Below, one piece after another: positions 63,181-64,000 of a DNA stretch of 64,000 nt. The DNA comes from an uncultured Dictyoglomota bacterium (lineage in GTDB: Bacteria; Dictyoglomota; Dictyoglomia; Dictyoglomales; Dictyoglomaceae): NCBI GenBank assembly GCA_964654465.1, contig CAZZIO010000032.1, forward strand, positions 1 to 64,000. Direction: 5' to 3'. The notes under the pieces are model-generated. The model had not been told where the DNA came from. It was given only the letters and a program-made list of their open reading frames with translations, and searched no databases. Position numbers and translations under genes: made by a program. Position 1 is the first letter of the stretch; each line of letters opens with the position of its first letter.

Positions 63181-63644
63181 TGAAAATTAAGATTTTATTA
63201 GTAGGAAAAATAAGAAATGAATTTATCAGGGTAGGAGTCCATGAATATAGAAAAAGGCTCCTACCCTTTTTTAATATAGACATCGAATATCTACAAAATT
63301 TCTCCAATTTACCTAAGGAAATTGCTTTATCAAAAGAAGGAGAAATTATAAAAAAAATAATTAAAGATAAAAAATATATTATATCCTTAGATAAAGAAGG
63401 CAAAGAATTATCCTCTGAAGAATTTGCTTATAAGCTTTTTGATTCAGACAAAATTTCTCAAAATAATGAAATAATCTTTATTATCGGAGGAATATACGGA
63501 ATACCAGAAGACATTAAAAAATCCAGTAATCTTATCTTATCACTTTCCAAAATGACCTTCACTCATGAATTTGCATTATTAATCCTATTAGAACAGATAT
63601 ACAGAGGAATAAAAATTTTAAAAAACGAACCTTATCATTATTAA
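63180..63644 (+). CDS. rlmH: 23S rRNA pseudouridine-1915 N3-methyltransferase
   Basis: [27 protein letters not shown]. Confidence 0.95.
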   Translation: MKIKILLVGKIRNEFIRVGVHEYRKRLLPFFNIDIEYLQNFSNLPKEIALSKEGEIIKKIIKDKKYIISLDKEGKELSSEEFAYKLFDSDKISQNNEIIFIIGGIYGIPEDIKKSSNLILSLSKMTFTHEFALLILLEQIYRGIKILKNEPYHY

Positions 63645-63646
63645 GA

Positions 63647-64000
63647 TTATTTCCTCTTTGTAAGAAGATACATACCTAAGATTAAAAAGATTATATTTCC
63701 TAACCATGCTCCTAAAAAGTAAGAAATAATCCCTGCCTTGGCAAGAGATCTTCCTATAGAAAATAATATGTAATACACAAAAATAGAAATAACGCTTAAA
63801 CCAAAAGAAAGAGATCTACCACCTTTTCCCATCTGAAGGCCTAATCCAAGAGCTAAAATTGCAAAAATTGGACAAGTAAAAGGGAGAGCAATTCTTATAT
63901 GAAACTCTGTCTTTAGATTTCTTGTATTTAATCCAATTCCTTCAAAAAGTTTTATCTGATTTATAATCTCAAAAATACTCATTTCATCAATAGGCTTTGA
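63647..64000 (-). CDS. LptF/LptG family permease, 3' part (5' end outside window)
   Basis: Frame open to the window edge; DEMS..EFHIRIALPF, FYVYY-like VYY, AWLGNIIF. Confidence 0.8.
   Translation of the reverse strand, partial: SKPIDEMSIFEIINQIKLFEGIGLNTRNLKTEFHIRIALPFTCPIFAILALGLGLQMGKGGRSLSFGLSVISIFVYYILFSIGRSLAKAGIISYFLGAWLGNIIFLILGMYLLTKRK

Noticed and set aside
63620..63650. rlmH 3' end as an SCC-type integration site
   Set aside because: The convergent lptF/G gene ends 2 bp away; no recombinase, cargo or duplicated att site

Overview
AT-rich bacterial chromosomal window made mostly of core genes. The Lys/Glu/Ile-rich proteins, Firmicute-like RNAs (T-box, large SRP RNA) and an LptF/G permease suggest a thermophilic diderm such as Dictyoglomus; this is inferred, not proven. 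Bases 1-37 kb are all on the minus strand. They hold a probable rRNA-operon promoter/leader at the left edge, tatD/radical SAM genes, SRP RNA, tRNA-Ser, an extended dcw cluster (mraZ-rsmH-ftsL-ftsI-murEF-mraY-murD-ftsW-murG-murC-murB-ftsQAZ, then radical SAM, pgeF, yggS, a two-component system and rodA), RNase P RNA, a GH127 gene, two tRNAs each followed by a decayed gene, and trpB2 under a Trp T-box. The right part has cysE, a TPP riboswitch-thiT-thiN unit, gyrA-archease-divergent YchF, Rrf2, EndoQ-like, pgi/pmi-phosphoesterase-ParB-like, gltX, rplU-rpmA-obg-nadD, five tRNAs, proA-proC-htrA-rlmH and a partial lptF/G. I saw no CRISPR array, prophage or intact mobile element. The most unusual items are: (1) a membrane zinc-ribbon CDS that reads 25 codons into RNase P RNA; (2) a ThiT with a ~95-aa TM-coiled coil-TM insertion; (3) a phosphoesterase plus ParB/Srx-fold (DUF4032) pair; (4) a PAS kinase that seems to need a non-canonical ATA start; (5) a YchF paralog with degenerate switch motifs; and (6) two unannotated pseudogenes. 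All family assignments come from motif recognition, without database searches.
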